This document shows positions 51,563 to 64,000 of a stretch of 64,000 nt of DNA, in pieces. The stretch comes from Marsupella aquatica (taxonomy: Eukaryota; Plantae; Marchantiophyta): assembly GCA_973895155.1 (NCBI GenBank), contig OZ316894.1, positions 25,232,709 to 25,296,708 of the forward strand, given 5' to 3'. The position numbers were made by a program, and so were the translations under genes. Numbering within the stretch: the first letter of the stretch is position 1; each line of letters begins with the position of its first letter. The notes under the pieces are model-generated. The model was given only the letters and a program-made list of their open reading frames with translations, searched no databases and had not been told where the DNA came from.

Positions 51563-51865
51563 CTTCAGTGGTTGTGGTTAGGAATGGTGGTTTGCGAGAA
51601 GGTAAGGGGGTATTGAGTATTTGGGTTGCAAAAGGAGGTTTGTGAGTAAATGTGCTGTTGAGTGTTTTTTGGGGGTTAGGAATGTTGGTTTGTGGCTAGA
51701 CGTCTGAGCTGTGGTGTTTGAGCGGGATGGTGGTTTGTGGGAAAGGTTGGGGGGGGTGAGGGCCATGAGTGTTTTGAGGTTGAGAATGGTGATTTGTGGG
51801 TAAATGTTTGAATGGGGGGAGAGAGTGTTGAGTGTTTGGGGTTGGGGCTTGTGGGTTGTTGAGAG
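51563..51865. repeat. G/T-rich tandem repeat, right part of the retroelement target
   Basis: Same GGTTAGGAATGGTGGTTTG / TTGAGTGTTTGGG motifs as 41640-41955. Confidence 0.75.
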
Positions 51866-54054
51866 TTTCAGGTACTACTACGGAACCCTAAGCCATTCTT
51901 ATCTGCTCCAAATTGCAACGTTGATGTTGGATGATTTGGCATGCTTATGTAAATTCACACACAGGAGCCTTCTGTTAGGAAATTTTCAGAGTTTATATCT
52001 AGCACAAACGATGCACCTAGCCTAGCTGAAAGCCTCTCTTTGAGAAGGAGGGAATTGTGAGTTTGATATGGCCTTTAATTCACTTATTAATAAGTATGTT
52101 TGTCAATTCCTTGAGACCTGCAATAACACACTCAGAAACTAGTAATATGTGTTCTATGGCTCCTTTGACGTAACTAACCTCCTCTTAAAAAGACCCTCCA
52201 CCCATGCAAGGCAGCCTAGGCCCTCATCAAGAGAGACTCAAACCTTTGATCGCCTATCCATTCACCTCTAAGTCATTGAACATGAACCCACGGCAAAATT
52301 CTTAACAAACAAATCATATCCCCCTGTCACCATAAGACATCTTTATTGAAAATCTCACGTTGTATACCTCTACAGCCCAGGCAACTAAATGACAAAAACA
52401 ATCTCCTTTAAATATGAATCTTCACATATTAATTCACCCTCTATGTACATCATGCTACGGGTGGCTAGGTTCAAACCCAAGGTGACTCTGGTGTGCTTTG
52501 AACCAGGGCTGAGTCTTTCTAATACTACTTTTGTTAAAAGCGGAGTATTCTTCATCCATTTTATAGTGTGTCTGTTTTCCTGTTTAATTATAAGAAATAG
52601 TGGGAGACAAAACTTGTAGCGCCCTCTCCCAGTTCAAGGGACTAATGGTAGCTTAATAACTGTGTTTTATCACTAGCTTTGCAATGATAGTACCACTCTC
52701 TCATAGTGAACTAGCTTTGGATCTTGAGATACAAGCTCATAATCTGTATTTTTGGGCTTAGCAAAATATATTAATAATTTTCCTTTGTTCTCAGTGAGTC
52801 GCTGGCTTCCATGAGAAGCCAATCAGGGGCATGGACCCAAGTGTGGTATTACAACTAAAATTAGCCTAGCATGGGTCAACTGCAAGGTCTGGTGCTAGAA
52901 TTACCTGGGCCCGGCTCCACTGCTAAAATTACCCGAGCATGGGTCCACCCCTAGACTTAGCTCTGGACGTGGGTTGGCTTCCTATTGTTGCCCCAACATT
53001 TTATTTCCACTAAATACACAGATATGGAGCACTGATCCAGATGTTTTGATTAATATTCCCTTAGTTAAGAATACTCATAGCAAAGATTGCATTGGATTAA
53101 GCACTGGTGACTGTCTTTTATCTCATTGTATAATAGACTTGCCTTGCCCATACCTCACCAAAATTGGTACATATACATACACTGGATACTTGTTCCAAAA
53201 TTGGAAAGGTGGACAAGTTTTGATTCAAAGTAACTAAAGGGAGAGGTACCAATACCAAAATTGGAATGGACCAATATCGAGATTGGAAGCCACGCTTAGC
53301 CCATACAGTCAGAATCGAACCACATCTTCCTCCTCAATTTGGTTCTAAATTTGTCCACTTTTCAATTTTGTCACAAGTATAGGCTAAGCTTGAGATCCTG
53401 TTATACATAAAGATGGTCTCCAAGTGCAAGGTGAGTCTACACTTCACATAACCACAGCAAATGCAATCGCCAATCTTCGCTGTGGCTATGCCTTGAGTTG
53501 GAAGCCAACACGCATTCCAAGAACACTTCACTACATGTGCTGCACAGTGTGGTGCTCTACTTTGCTTGCCCATCGACACTTTGCTTGCTTGTTTGCTTAC
53601 TAGTTTACTGTTGAGCTCTTGGATGGCTTGTAGGCTTGGTGGTTGAGGGATTTGTGTATGTGTGTGTATATAGATGTGTGTATTGGGCTCTGCCACCACA
53701 GACCAACCTTGGCACCCTAAGTTGCGCCCTCTTCTTCAAGTGGGAGAACCTCATCCCCACTTGTTTACTCTTCGGACGTGGATCAGGCACTTTCATCTCA
53801 TCTCCAATTGACATCATTTGCTGGAGAAAAAATACAATGTGAGTCATTCCCACTTTCTCCCTTTGTTTCAAAGACTCATCCCCACTATTGCTTGTCTATT
53901 TGGTGCTTGGCGCCCTCTTTTGGAGTCCCATGTTGCGAGGAGTCCACCCCACTTTTTGCCATCTAATAACAATTGAGTACCATCGTCCCCACTTTGTATG
54001 CTGTCCCAATGATTCTTCACACACCCCCACTTTTCGTGTCCAATTAGTGAGTCA

Positions 54055-54253
54055 TCGCCCCTAGTGCTGTTTTCTTTTGCCAGTCAACTCCACTTTTGCA
54101 GTCTATTACGTTGCGTCATCTCGGAGTTTTGGCGTGAGAAGTCATTCCCACTTATCGCCCCTAGTGCTGTTTTCTTTTGCCAGTCAACTCCACTTTTGCA
54201 GTCTATTACGTTGCGTCATCTCGGAGTTTTGGCGTGAGAAGTCATTCCCACTT
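54055..54253. repeat. Essentially perfect ~100-bp tandem duplication within a CCCACTT motif array
   Basis: ATCGCCCCTAGTGCTGTTTTC...GTCATTCCCACTT occurs twice. Confidence 0.9.
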
Positions 54254-55063
54254 TGGCGCTGTAATAATACCAGAGCGGAACGCAGTCCCCACTTTTCCAA
54301 AAGACGTTCACGCAGAATGAAATGAATACGTCTCTGCTGATCTGCTCTCATCAATGTGTATGTAAAGAAGAAGAATCTGGGTCATGGCTCTCCGGCGCTG
54401 CGATCATTAGAGGAGCTCAAGAGCGGCCGGCATCGGTATAGAGATAGCTTGTTTGGTAACCAGGTGACATTCGTGCGCGCATCGGAGCAGTTGATCTTGG
54501 GGTCTGCCCCGAAGATCGACAAACATGGCCGCATATGGGGCGAGCTTCGGAGATAAAAAAAAGCTGTGAGGCGTTAAGTTTGACGATGGAGTCAGTGCGG
54601 TGGTGCCAGCTCGAGGTATTTGGAGTGCGCGGAAGCGAGTGAGTGGAATTGGTTGTTGACTCGATGGAATGGCAGGCGCGACGACTGGGTTGGGAGAGAA
54701 ATTACTTTCTGCGCAGAAAGGTGTCGGAGATGCGGAGGTGAAGGAATCGCAGTCCCTGGAAAAATGCGGTCCCACGATTGCACGAGAAATTGGACGATTT
54801 ATGACTTTTGGACACGAGCGAGGAGGATATTTTGCTGAGGGAGGAGCAGCTTTTCGTGGGGCCTTGGTACTGGACTGTAGCATGACTGTGGGTCTGGGTC
54901 TTTCGTTGTTTCGTTCCAATATCGTCATGGTCCGGTGTGGCTGATGATTCGACTCGTTCGTTTCTGTCATGTTGATTTTTTTGCAGAGACGTGTTCCGGT
55001 GTCGATTCGTGGTAGGAAGGTGGAGATCGTTTGTGTGCCTTGACTGCGGTACGTCGAATAATA

Positions 55064-56152
55064 ATGTGTTTTCCGCTCATCTCTTGTTGGCGGTGGGAGC
55101 TTGTCGTTCGGGCGCAAGTATGGCGAGCACTGATGGCCCTGGGGATGAATTTCCACAGAATGCCGCATCCGCGCCCGCGCGCTCCTACGTTCCGCAAGCG
55201 CATTAAGACCACGTTATCGCCACAGCCTGGGGAAATTGATTTGCTCTTCTACACGCCCAGCGACTACAAGATACCTCTTGGCGCCGAGAGACCAGCCAAC
55301 GCCCGAGGGTACCCTGCCGTGGTCAATTTCCATGGCGGAGGCTTCACACTCGGTCAGGCCAGCGACGACGCGCGATGGGCGGACGCCGTCGTGCGCAGGA
55401 TGAATGCTGTTGTGGTGAGCGTAGAGTATCGATTGGCTCCCGAGCATCCATTTCCGACGGCTGTAGAGGACGGCGTCGATGCGGTCCTCTATCTTCTGGC
55501 CCATTCGGACGAGCTTGGCATCGACACGCACCGAATAGCCACCAGCGGATTTTCGGCGGGCGGAAACCTGGCATTTACGGTGCCGCTGAAGCTCCAGGAT
55601 GTGATTAACAATCCGCAACCCGACCCGGAGCAAGAACAAGGTCGGCTCAACAGCAGTGTGGCAGTGGCCGCACCCGTGAAGACCAAGGCCAACCCTATCG
55701 TCGCCATCGCCGCCTGGTACCCTATTACGGACTTTGCCACGTATACGCGACCCCAACGCCGACTTAAAAGTTCAAGGCCGGAGAAGGATCTTCCGCACTT
55801 CTTCACCGAGCTCTTCGACGCATCCTACCTCCATCCGCTCGCCGAGTTGTCCCTCTCCAGTCCCTACCTCTCGCCCGGCCTAGCGCCCCTGCAGATGTTA
55901 CGTGCGCTGCCGGACCACATCATCATATACACCTGCGAGTGGGATGAGTTGTGCATGGAGGCGGAGCGGATGAGAGATAGGTTGACGAAAGAAGCAGGAA
56001 AGGACGTGGTTTATCACAAGATAGCTGGGGTGGTACATGCGTGGGATAAGAGTCCGAATCCGCTGAAGTGGGATCAATCCATAGAGGAGCTTTACGGAGA
56101 TGCTTGCACTGCTTTGAAGCAGGCGTTTGATAAGGTATCTCACGAAAATTAG
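55064..56152 (+). CDS. Intronless hormone-sensitive-lipase-family alpha/beta hydrolase (Abhydrolase_3), fungal-like
   Basis: Oxyanion motif NFHGGGF, VEYRLAPEHPFP, nucleophile GFSAGG, Asp in CEWDEL, His in VVHAWD; start codon uncertain. Confidence 0.9.
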   Translation: MCFPLISCWRWELVVRAQVWRALMALGMNFHRMPHPRPRAPTFRKRIKTTLSPQPGEIDLLFYTPSDYKIPLGAERPANARGYPAVVNFHGGGFTLGQASDDARWADAVVRRMNAVVVSVEYRLAPEHPFPTAVEDGVDAVLYLLAHSDELGIDTHRIATSGFSAGGNLAFTVPLKLQDVINNPQPDPEQEQGRLNSSVAVAAPVKTKANPIVAIAAWYPITDFATYTRPQRRLKSSRPEKDLPHFFTELFDASYLHPLAELSLSSPYLSPGLAPLQMLRALPDHIIIYTCEWDELCMEAERMRDRLTKEAGKDVVYHKIAGVVHAWDKSPNPLKWDQSIEELYGDACTALKQAFDKVSHEN

Positions 56153-56216
56153 GAACTTCTGTCAGCAGGAGGGAAGTGGTCACTGCCGATAGGTTTTCCC
56201 CTAAAAGAGAGATATC

Positions 56217-56504
56217 ATGGAGCAAGAGAAGGTCGAGCTTAAGCCGAAAGAAAATCTGCTCAAAGTCAAGGTGCTCGTGTTTGCTCGGGCGCGCGAGCTC
56301 GCTGGCACATCAGAGTTGGAGCTCCTGATGCCGGAAGGCTCCACCACCGCTGATTGTGTGACGGAGATGACTCTCAAGTTTCCGCCCCTGGAAGCAATTC
56401 GGAGTTCTATCGTCCTCGCTGTGAACTTCAATTATATCACGGATCCGGTCAAGGTGAAGGACGGCGATGAGCTTGCCATTATTCCTCCCCTCAGCGGTGG
56501 GTGA
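56217..56504 (+). CDS. CNX7: Molybdopterin synthase sulfur-carrier subunit (MoaD/MOCS2A)
   Basis: VKVLVFARARELAG...LAVN..Y...KDGDELAIIPPLSGG with a C-terminal Gly-Gly. Confidence 0.95.
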   Translation: MEQEKVELKPKENLLKVKVLVFARARELAGTSELELLMPEGSTTADCVTEMTLKFPPLEAIRSSIVLAVNFNYITDPVKVKDGDELAIIPPLSGG

Positions 56505-57445
56505 CGTATCTCCGGCCCTGCGTCAAGTGTCTTTCCAACTTCGTTTGGTTTGTTGATTTCCGTTTTAGGGTGATAGCGCGAGTGTACAACCACCACAGAG
56601 CTGCGGAGTAGGAATTAATGTCAGTGGCGACCTTACTTAAAAGGGCTGCGAAATATTACGGGAGGTGGAAGTATTGGATTGATCTTTAGGGCTTGAAACC
56701 AGGTGTGTGATGCTGCCTGGAATTGAACACTGTCGTGCCATATGCCCAGCTGGTCTTAAGACAAATGTCCTCTGACCTATTTGTCGTCACGAGGTGACTC
56801 TCTCCTATCTTGAGGTTTATGGGATACTTAGATTCAGTCATCATACGAAACCGGCCAATTTCTGAATCTGCGCCGTTACCTGAAAACGACGAGACTGATG
56901 ATGTCCAGTACAGGGGCGTGTCAATGAAAGGCAGCACCACTCAGGCTTCAGTGCATGAGAAGAAGCACTCAAAGCCTATATTCTTCTTTCTCAAATTCAA
57001 CCTATGTATAGATTGGACTTGCTTGGATCTAAATTTTCAAAAATCAATTCCAGCGAATTCTATTGCAGAATTAGGGAGCGAATTCTATTCCAGAATTGTC
57101 TGGAATGGTACGAACGCTCCACATGGCTGCCGTCTGTAGCGCCATTGTCAAACTTTAGTTCATTGTGTTCATATTAATAAATATACTTGCATCTATGTAA
57201 GACCGCTGAGTTCCGAGTACCGGAACAAGTATTCGACAATCTGGACATCGTCTTAGCCCGTGTGAATCTGTCAGGCAGGAAACGTGATCGGGTCATTTCA
57301 CAGTTTCGCCGCAAACCTATAGAAGTCACTCATAGAACCAAGCCAAGTAAACCCATTGGTTAAGAGAAGTCTCGTTAGGTAGGAACAATCGCATTTTCTA
57401 CTTCCACCGAAGAAAAAGGAAAAGGAATTGCGCAACAGTGAAAGA

Positions 57446-60233
57446 CTACAATTGCATGGAAAGCTGCAAATGTACTGAACGTAACTTCGGATTCCCCTCG
57501 AAGATAGTCATAGTCTTGTTGCGTAGATTGAAGACCACTGTGTGTAACGTAAACAATTGAGGACCTGCGAAACGCTTGAGAACAATAAGGAAACACCAAG
57601 AACCAAGGTTGAGTTCTGTTGCAAAATGTTACATTTGATTCGAGTGTGTCTATATAACTTAAAGTGGTTTTCGACAGTCCATCAAGCAATACACTAGGTA
57701 TTGAGCACAAATATGTCCAAACGACCAGGAACTGGAGGTCATTTGGGTTGGGAGATGTTCCCTTCGTAAGATAGCAGCTTATCGGACCCAAAGAGTCACA
57801 TAGCAAATTTCAGGACTCCTGTAAAACTGTGCACTAGCTGCGATATACACTTTGGAATCGATAGAGCCGAGAGAGGGCGGAGAGACACTTACCGCTCATG
57901 TACACAGGAAAAGCCAAGTCATTGGTGTCTCCCAAAAGGGTCAGCATCTCTTCTTCTGTATACTTGGGAAGCTCAGTTGCTCGTTTCTGTCGGTGTATGG
58001 AGCTTTCGTGAGGAATCTGATGTACTCCTAGCAAGTGAAGGTACATGTTCGCATGGAAAAAAGGGTCTCCCTTTATTTCGTGAATAAAATACCTCTCTCT
58101 AGATGCTGCCTCAATGGTCAAAATTCTTTGCAAGTTGATGTCCATAACATTATAGTTGTGCCCAACAGATAATTTTGCACCTTTGATCCTCTGCCAACAG
58201 TGACGTTCCAACAACGGATATAAAGATATACAGACACGACAAAGCCGAACCGAGTGAATGAGGACTGGTTCTACTCTACGCATCCGTAAGTACCAAAAGC
58301 ATTCTAGGAGATGAATCTCTACATTGAAAATGCTGCCCTTCTTTGCCGTATTTGATCCTACCAGTTAGAGGGAATAAGGTTTTACATTCAAGGCATCGTC
58401 GATATTGGTAGCTTCAAGAAGATCTCGGCATACAAAGTTCCGCCCGATGGCTCCAGGTACCACCTCCTCAGGAGTAGGAGGGACCGAATTGACGGTAAAA
58501 GCCTGCAGCAAAGAACAAAATGTTGGCGAGAATGTGGCAGCAATTGTGGAACATAACGACATGTGCCTGACAAATGCATCCCAAGTTGAGGAATACAACC
58601 ACCTTGGCACTCCCCACCCACAGATGACAGTGAATTAGAAGGAATGCTGCATGCCAGTCTCTATCTTTCATCTTCGGAGTGCCCTACCACTCCATGACTG
58701 TTGAACCCAAAGGCACAGCTTGGGAGCTCTGCAGCATATGTGTAGGCGAAGAATGATCCACCAGTTTTTGACGTAGCATGAACCATATATCTGAGATCAA
58801 CCACGAAAACCATTTACAACACAATCGGGAACCTACAGCAACATATCGCCTGCCAATGTGGCGGTGGAGTTGCATCCTGCTATAAGCTGACTCTGGTTAG
58901 GCTATCACTGTGATGGCAGCAGAGTTTACACATGATCCCTGAGAGAGCCGTCAGCATCCTCATTGTGAGCTACGACCGCCAAACGATCGCTGCAGAGTAA
59001 AACATCCGAACACTGGTCTGCTTCTGCTGCACATCTGCTGAGGTGCTTCTGTGGTAAGAATGAAGCAATTTCTTTCCTGAAATTTAGAAGTAGTACCTGC
59101 AGATTAACGTGAGATGATAGCCTGTAAATCTCTTTGATGCAGTGCACATTTTAACCTTGGTTCAACTTTTGCTTTGTATCCTTTAGAACCAGCAAACAGA
59201 TACAAGCGAATTGAATGGGCCATCAGAAGTACGGAGATCATGGAAATGTCCAAATAGATCATCCTCACAACGTTTCTTGCAATGTCCACCATGTTTTGTA
59301 CTTTCCTAGCGTAGCATGAAGAACGTGGAACTCAATCAGTAACGAAGAGAAAAGGACAGCTTACTGAGACAAAACGAACCTAGGCGCTGCAAGATTCATA
59401 CCTCAAGAAAAGGAACTCCACTGCCATCAGCTAAACCACGAAGCTCATCCCAGTACTCTGGATAGCATTCCCTGCAAAGCAGTCAGATTCTCTGTCAATC
59501 TGGACGGTGGCATAAACTGTGATCAATGCAGGAGAAAGCTCATAATCCCATCAAAGAAGCTAAATTAAAATAGCACACTACGCCAATCGTCACCTCCATG
59601 ACATCTTCAACCCAAAACCCTAAACCCTCAACCCTCGACCTTAGCAACCTTGTTGGCGTCAAAACTCATCAAGTCCAGAAATCCGTCTGTCCATTTTGTC
59701 GAAAAAAATATTTATGACTTGCCTTCCGGACAAGCATTGGCTTCGTTACCAAATTGTCCTAGGTCAATTTCACCATAAAAGCTGCTTCTTAATCTTCCCA
59801 TTAGCGTCATGCAATTTCTTCTCACGTTGTCCACCACCACAGTACAACAGTAAGTATTGTTTTTTCTAAGTTGGCTGTTCAACGAAATTGCTGCATGTAA
59901 ATGACTGGCTATTTTAGTCCTCTTCAGGCTAAGAGTGAAATGTCATGATTCCTTTCCTAGTCCCTCTGGTCTTCGCCGTATTACAACTTTCTGCCCTGAA
60001 ACATTCAGCCTGTAGAACAGTGAGGTCAGTCTGATGTCAGACCTGTTCTTTGTTGACAAGATTTGAATGAGGCGCTCTCCTGATTCAGATGCAGCAAACG
60101 GGAGTAGAGCGGAGGACAGATATGGATCCTTCCCAATTCTGCTTTGGATCATGGTTGCAAACTGGGCCCCTATTGAAAACCCCATGTCGTAAGAGTTGCA
60201 GCCCTGCACTCTAATTTGTGGAAGACTATCCAT
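57446..60233 (-). CDS. Peptidase C45 / acyl-CoA:6-APA acyltransferase-like Ntn-hydrolase
   Basis: Exons approx 60233-60043, 59472-59402 (YWDELRGLADGSGVPF), 59097-58930 (DQ/CSD nucleophile, AHNED), 58790-58689 (GFNSHG), 58503-58388, 58190-57892 (HANMY), 57564-57446 (GPQLFTLHTVVFNL..FEGNPK). Confidence 0.88.
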
Positions 60234-63200
60234 TATTGCAGGGCTAGCTAATCACAGCAACTGCAAACTAGCTAGCTAGCTCCAGCGAAGTCCGGTGCTG
60301 AACGATTCTGCAACCTTGTCATACACTGTTTCCTCGTGAGGCCATCTTCATCAACACCAACCTCACTGTTCGGCAGAAAAGAACCAGCACACGAGTCCTT
60401 CTGCAAGAAAAGACTCTAATGCTATTTGTGCACGAATGAATGGTAACAGTTACATACAAAAACCACGAAAACATCAACAAATTAATTTGGCATTCAGCGA
60501 TACTATTTGTGCACAAATGAATGTTAACAGTTACTCATACAAAAAACCCACGAAAACAAGCTTAGCTCCCTGTATCGGCACCCAAGGCAATGATCAAAAA
60601 CTTACTAACATCTGTGGTGATAAATGTTACTCTGTGCCTGTAACAAGCTTGACAAACTTGAGTAAACAACTCTTCATCCTGAGGTGGACACTTCGATTCA
60701 ATTCCAGGCCAGGGAATGAGCTCGACTTCCTATTGCCACTATCCATTGTGTTTCTTGAAGGACCAGTTTCCTGTTTGGAAGGGTTTCCCTGACATCTGGA
60801 AGGCACGGCATTCACGAAAGGATACCCACTGATTGGACGAACATTCCATGAACAGCACTTTACAGATCAGCGCAATCTTCTGCTGCATTCGTCTGCATTC
60901 GTCCGTCTGAATTTCTCAAGTCGTTGCCGGGCGGCATTCATCAATAGGAATTCAGAGGAAAGAGAAACAAAACCTTCTCAATTTCCCTCTCCATGATTTC
61001 CTGCTCCGTGCAAAAGCGTAACGTCTAATTGAGCCAGACATGAGCACGTCACGCGGCACGGTGCTACCTTTCTTGCGCGCGACTCTGCCATCGTCGGCGA
61101 TGTACAACTTTTCGTCACCTGTCGACTGTGCTTTGCGCATGACAACCGATGCCCCAAAGCTCGGCTTGCCCCGGCGATGGCTGCCAGCAATGTTAGAGCT
61201 CGCCCACCACATCCATAGGACTTGACGTGGCAGCCCAGTTGCGCAGTTGGGCCCCCAACCAAGTTCGACCCCTGCGGTTGGCACCTGCGGTGACCCTCCG
61301 GTAAACTGCTACGGTAAACTCCTGCCTACAGTAGTAGTAGTACAGTGCACCGGGCCAAAAGAATTTCCCCATACGGGGAAGGGGGCAAGCGGAGGAGCGG
61401 CAGCACCCACCCTCATCACATGGAACCTGGATCATCAGTGCCACTCCCTTCTTAGAAAAGAGACAGAAGGGGCTCCAAAAAAGGCTGGACACGTTCTGGG
61501 CAACACGTTGACACCACCGTATGGCCTGTCAATGACAGCCCATCAAGGTGTCCTTTGGCTTGACGATACGTAATATTTCAGGGCGGGCGGTCGTTCAGGG
61601 GCAGCAGCGTCCTTGGAACCCACCCGGGATGCTGCCGCCCCCTCATCGTCCTCCGATAGCCCCAACCACAGTCCAGTGAAGGTCGGGCTCGGTCCGGTGA
61701 CATTAACTCAGATAGAGCCTGCAAAATCCGTCCGCCACCGTACCATGCCGTACTCTAATCGTACAGCCGTGTCCGGGAAAATCTCCGGCGGGGCCCTGGG
61801 GAGCCCAGCGCCTTCCCCGGGCTTGGCTTTTAGCGCGAGTGGTACTTTTTGCCTACCTGTTCTTAACGTTTAGTCGCCTTTACCGTACCGGTCCTCATCA
61901 TTCTGACCGGGCCGGCATTTCCGGCGTCTGGGATTCGAGGCACGCAGGCACGCACATTCGGAGTAGCGGAGGGGGAGGAAGCCACCACTGAAACAGCAGA
62001 GTAGTGGTGTAAAAAAGCTTACTTCAGCAATCGACGCCCCCGGACAATGCCCTCGAGGCCTCGACCGCCATGGCTCGATCGATCATTCGAATCGGCTCGG
62101 GGAGAGTCAGGTACTCAGGTCCAGTTCATGCCTCGAGGGGGACACTTATTATTGTACCGCACAGATCATGCAATGATGGTTGCTGACATCGCCAGCACCT
62201 TCGCGCTACGTTGCTGGCCTACTACTACTACTACGGGACTACTGCGAGTCTGCGACGACCACGACTGTGACGAAACTTGAGCAGTTGGGTCATGACTCAT
62301 TGGCAGACGAGGCCGTTCAGGTTTGGGGAGAATGAGAGATGCCTTCGTTTCTGGGAGGTGTGATTCCCCTCATGCTGTGTGCAAATTGGACTGTAGTGGG
62401 ATTATTTCGTTCTCAGGAGAGATCACTCTTTTGTGCACCGAAGACTCAGACGGTCCAGCGAAGCAGAGCAAATGCAGGAGGGCTTGATCGGGAAGGCTGT
62501 GCTGTTCTTTGCTGCGGCGCCACCCACAGCCTGCCTGTGTGCAAAAAACAAAAGAACAGAAACAAAAGCAACCAAAAACAGTCGCAGTCAAAGGAATGAG
62601 AGGTGGCCCTCTTGCTCCCTCAAAATGTTCCTCGTGGCGGTCTGTTCTGCTCTGGTTCTTCTGTTCGCTGTTCTGATCTGTTCCTTCTTAGAGTGCTGTT
62701 CTCTGTCGTCCAGACGGGCATGGTTTCTGCATTAGGGCCCTCAGGTTTTGGAGGACAAACGCCCGATCCATCCCACGACGGCTACTGCCCGAAGGACTTT
62801 GCGAATGTACGGAGAATCGGATGATTCCAACGGATTGTTCGGACCATTTGAAGTCCAACTTGTCGCTACGGTATACGTGCCATCTTCGCAATCAGCCGTT
62901 GTGGTTGTGTGGCACGAGCTTACATCCAACTTTGGGCACACGCGAACGTAGAGTTGCGGAGAGTTCGTTTGTCAAGAACCTGAATGAATCACGTAAAAGA
63001 ACTCGAGAAACGAAGCCCGATTTGCTGGCGACAGTTGATGACGAGGTCCGGTAGATTCCAAGACTCCTCCGTATTGTCCCAGGTTTTGTTGTGTCCTCGT
63101 CTATCTGTTTGATCGACTCGTCGGTTCTCATTTGGAGTCATTCATACGCTACGGACGGTCAATTCGATCCCCGTTGACAACAAACATGGTTGCACTTTCC

Positions 63201-63612
63201 ATGGATAAGGACTGAGAGTGGATAGGATTTAGACAGTCAGTCACACTTCGCTTCACTTCCCATTCCATCCAACTTCACTATCTCCACTCAGGCCGACGAC
63301 GCAGTTCATGAACTACTGCACGTGGTCCTGAGTCCACATACTTCAACTATATAGCTCTTTCTGCCGTTTCAAGGACTGTTTTCGATATTAAGGTCCCATG
63401 ATCCCATCAAACAATATTTATTAGACATCAGACAGTGTAACATTGAGAACCCTGATCGTAGGCGAGGGCGAGCCTTGGGGTTGCTGGCAACATACTTCCA
63501 AAAATAGTACGTAGTAAGTTTGGGAGGATAAAGTTGAATGGGAACTAACGACAGATGGTCAGATGCGCTTTGGCTGGAGTTACATGAGGTGGTTTGCTCA
63601 ATCTAGGGCAAG

Positions 63613-63776
63613 AAGTTAATGACTGAGGTCATTCGATGACTCCTGTCTCGGGTCAATTTAGGGCGGTTCATGATTTCGCAGGGTTGATCAATTCCCAAGG
63701 AAAAAAGTTAATGACTGAGGTCATTCGATGACTCCTGTGTCTCGGGTCAATTTAGGCGGTTCACGATTTTCGTAGG
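63613..63776. repeat. ~70-bp direct duplication
   Basis: AAGTTAATGACTGAGGTCATTCGATGACTCCTGT...GGTCAATTTAGG occurs twice. Confidence 0.8.
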
Positions 63777-64000
63777 GAAAGGAGTTAATAATGATGCTGT
63801 ACGTCAGCAAATCGATTGTTCAGCGGATGAGATATCCTATTCTGTCCAGAGAATCAGAGATGGTAAACGAAGGCTTACAACAAAAGCGGGCATCGGAATG
63901 CTGATTTGTGACTCAACGGGAAGCTTTCCGCGGATTTCGCTGACGAGATAGACGGCCATTCAGGGTGAAATGTCACAAACCCTGGCGGGAATTGCAATTC

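Noticed and set aside
54407-55756. Minus-strand ORFs of 253 aa and 180 aa
   Set aside because: Shadow frames of GC-rich sequence overlapping the hydrolase; no motifs
60500-63200. Many short ORFs in GC-richer sequence
   Set aside because: None has a motif I recognise or a coherent splice structure

Overview
Eukaryotic, intron-containing plant DNA, probably from a non-seed land plant (inferred from gene content only). The left half (1-32 kb) is a tandem array of three minus-strand ABCB/P-glycoprotein genes, one truncated by the window edge, mixed with satellites, a SINE-like element and a ~1 kb foldback. Next come ATG5, a 9.6 kb Ty3/Gypsy-type retrotransposon (41956-51558), an intronless fungal-like HSL alpha/beta hydrolase directly upstream of CNX7 (MoaD), and a peptidase C45 gene. 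The retroelement is the standout. One reading frame carries Gag-PR-[C5 DNA methyltransferase]-RT-RNaseH-integrase-PHD. Its ends are split repeats (A...B-GC-A-B) with a 4-bp GAGT target duplication instead of two LTRs. A 12-nt self-complementary primer site and a seamless PPT-end/primer-end junction fit integration from a 2-LTR circle opened at an internal GACA-GC-TGTC site. That mechanism is inference. Exon coordinates were read by eye and may be a few bases off.
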